Below are positions 37,370-38,973 of a stretch of DNA of 38,973 nt, in pieces. The notes beneath the pieces were generated by a model. It did no database searches. It was not told the origin of the DNA and worked only from the letters and a program-made list of their open reading frames with translations. The position numbers and the translations under genes were made by a program. The stretch is from Octopus bimaculoides (Eukaryota). The number at the start of each line of letters is the position of its first letter. Position 1 is the stretch's first letter. Where the stretch lies: assembly GCF_001194135.2 (NCBI RefSeq), contig NC_068984.1, positions 49,181,504-49,220,476 of the forward strand. Direction: 5' to 3'.

Positions 37370-37479
37370 TCACTCTCACTCTGTCACTATCTATCTTTAC
37401 CTCCCTTATACAGTTATCACACTTTCTTACACTCATTCTGTCCAAGTTCCTACTTCTCTTTCTCTTTCTCCTTCTCACA

Positions 37480-37524
<45 letters not shown>

Positions 37525-37600
37525 TCTCCTCTCTTTCTCTCTCTTTCCCTCTCCTCTCTTTCTCCCCCTCTCTCCCTCTTTCTTTTCTTCTCTCTCTTCA
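37370..37600. repeat. (CT)n-rich pyrimidine tract
   Basis: Direct; explains the spurious Arg/Glu- and Ser/Leu-rich ORFs. Confidence 0.9.
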
Positions 37601-37627
37601 AACTCTAATGAGATACATTGTTCGTAG

Positions 37628-37716
37628 AAATTATGTGATGGCTTGGAAAAATTGTTACCAAGTTTATGCTTGGTGCATTGCAGTAGAATGTGAACTGCCG
37701 ACTTTTCTGCTAAACG
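37628..37716 (+). CDS. Candidate internal exon (NYVMAWKNCYQVYAWCIAVECELPTFLLNG); alternative 33-nt form 37684-37716 (ECELPTFLLNG)
   Basis: Long pyrimidine tract, CTAAT branch-like motif and TTCGTAG acceptor upstream; consensus donor CG|GTAAGT at 37717. Only one frame is open across 37628-37716. Confidence 0.3.
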
Positions 37717-38049
37717 GTAAGTGTTGTTGGTGGTGGAGTTATTGTAGATTTGTACGTATTTTTGCCTGAGTATGCATTCGGTGGAGCCGTTGTGACTATG
37801 TGGTTCATTTAGAGCTGCTGTAGCTTTTCGTAAAATGTTTATTTATTATTATCATCATTGTCCCCCATCTTTATATAATGAGATTTCCAGGTCGGAAGAA
37901 GTTGTGCGGCTGAAGGTAGAGGAATAGTGGGGCACAATGAGTAATATTTAGCGCCTTTTGATTTTGAGAAAAATATATATATTTTACAAATGTTCCTAAC
38001 CTTACAAAAACTTTATCAGCTAAGTAAATGACCTCTAAATGTATTAAGA

Positions 38050-38600
38050 ACACTAAAACATATTCAGAACACTATTTGAGAAAAGTATATTTTTTGAGCA
38101 TACAAGAGACAAATTTATGTGGAGCAAATTTATTGACGACAAAGTAAAGTAAATTTCTCTTTTCCATTTTACCAAAATTACATTTGAGGAAAGATCCATA
38201 CATATGAAATAGAGGAAAGGTCCTTAGACATGAAAAAGATCAGAATTGCAGCAAAAATTTTAAAAGTCTCGGTCAAATGAAAGAGGATCCTGGAAGAATA
38301 ATACATAATATAAAATTTACGAAATCTAACTAAATCTAAAAACTGGCAAAATATTTTCTATGGCATCTTCACAATCTGTTGGAATGGCTCTCTTTCTGAT
38401 ATATTTACGCACCATGCCATCAAAGAGAAGAAATTGCTGAAATTAGTCATTACTCATGTTACCCCATTTTAAGCATCAGTTTTTTTAAAAATTGCAAGTT
38501 ATCAAATTAAAGAATTGTGTAAGAATATCTTACTTAGAATCCAAAAGAGAAAAGAAATTTTATTGTTAAACACTAAAAATTATCCAAATATTTTATTGGC
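38050..38600 (+). mobile_element. Possible highly decayed L1-like LINE fragment
   Basis: Purine/A-rich unique sequence with weak hints (KFMWSK, a GGL-like segment, RIAAKIL). No clean motif. Confidence 0.25.
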
Positions 38601-38924
38601 AAATTCAATTGCATTTAAGGTAAAAGTTATGGAAAAACAAATACCTGTGAGCTGGCTGTTTCATACTCTCTCAACTTCAACAATAACTATGTTGACCAGC
38701 TTTTGCTCCTAAGGATGATGCGAAATAATGAAGAAATACTTCCAACGTAATGAATTCAAACAAGTAAGGAAGAAATAACGGCATATCATAAATTACTCAT
38801 TTGCCCCCATTCCCATATTTTAGCCAACAAATTTTCAGCTTTCCTTTCTTCACATAATAATGTAGGGATCCTTATTTACACATTAAAAAAAAAGACTTAC
38901 AACAGTAAACACAAACGATAGAAA

Positions 38925-38940
38925 TAATAATAATAATAAC

Positions 38941-38973
<33 letters not shown>
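38925..38973. repeat. (AAT)n microsatellite
   Basis: Direct; runs to the window end. Confidence 0.95.

Overview
This is AT-rich eukaryotic genomic DNA, dense in microsatellites, with two large N gaps and three 10-N gaps. The SINE and LINE families look like those I recall from cephalopod (Octopus-like) genomes; this is from memory, not a database search. The window is dominated by decayed transposons: a MULE/Mutator element with a FLYWCH zinc finger, intact ends and an 8-bp target-site duplication (TSD); two CR1-type LINE remnants; L1/Tx1-type fragments; an R4/Dong-like REL LINE; an RTE LINE; three Tc1/mariner remnants; and about 14 SINE copies from three families. Nearly every ORF in the supplied track is a microsatellite or transposon artefact. 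No recognisable host gene could be assembled; a few + strand exon candidates are reported at low confidence. The most notable observation is a tRNA-headed SINE-like family (two copies) whose 3' part folds into a minimal type-I hammerhead-ribozyme motif with a palindromic stem III, of the kind described in Penelope-like elements. One copy forms a fold-back insertion with a 10-bp TSD. A diverged ~180-bp tandem array whose units resemble acceptor / ~23-nt micro-exon / donor is also worth checking.
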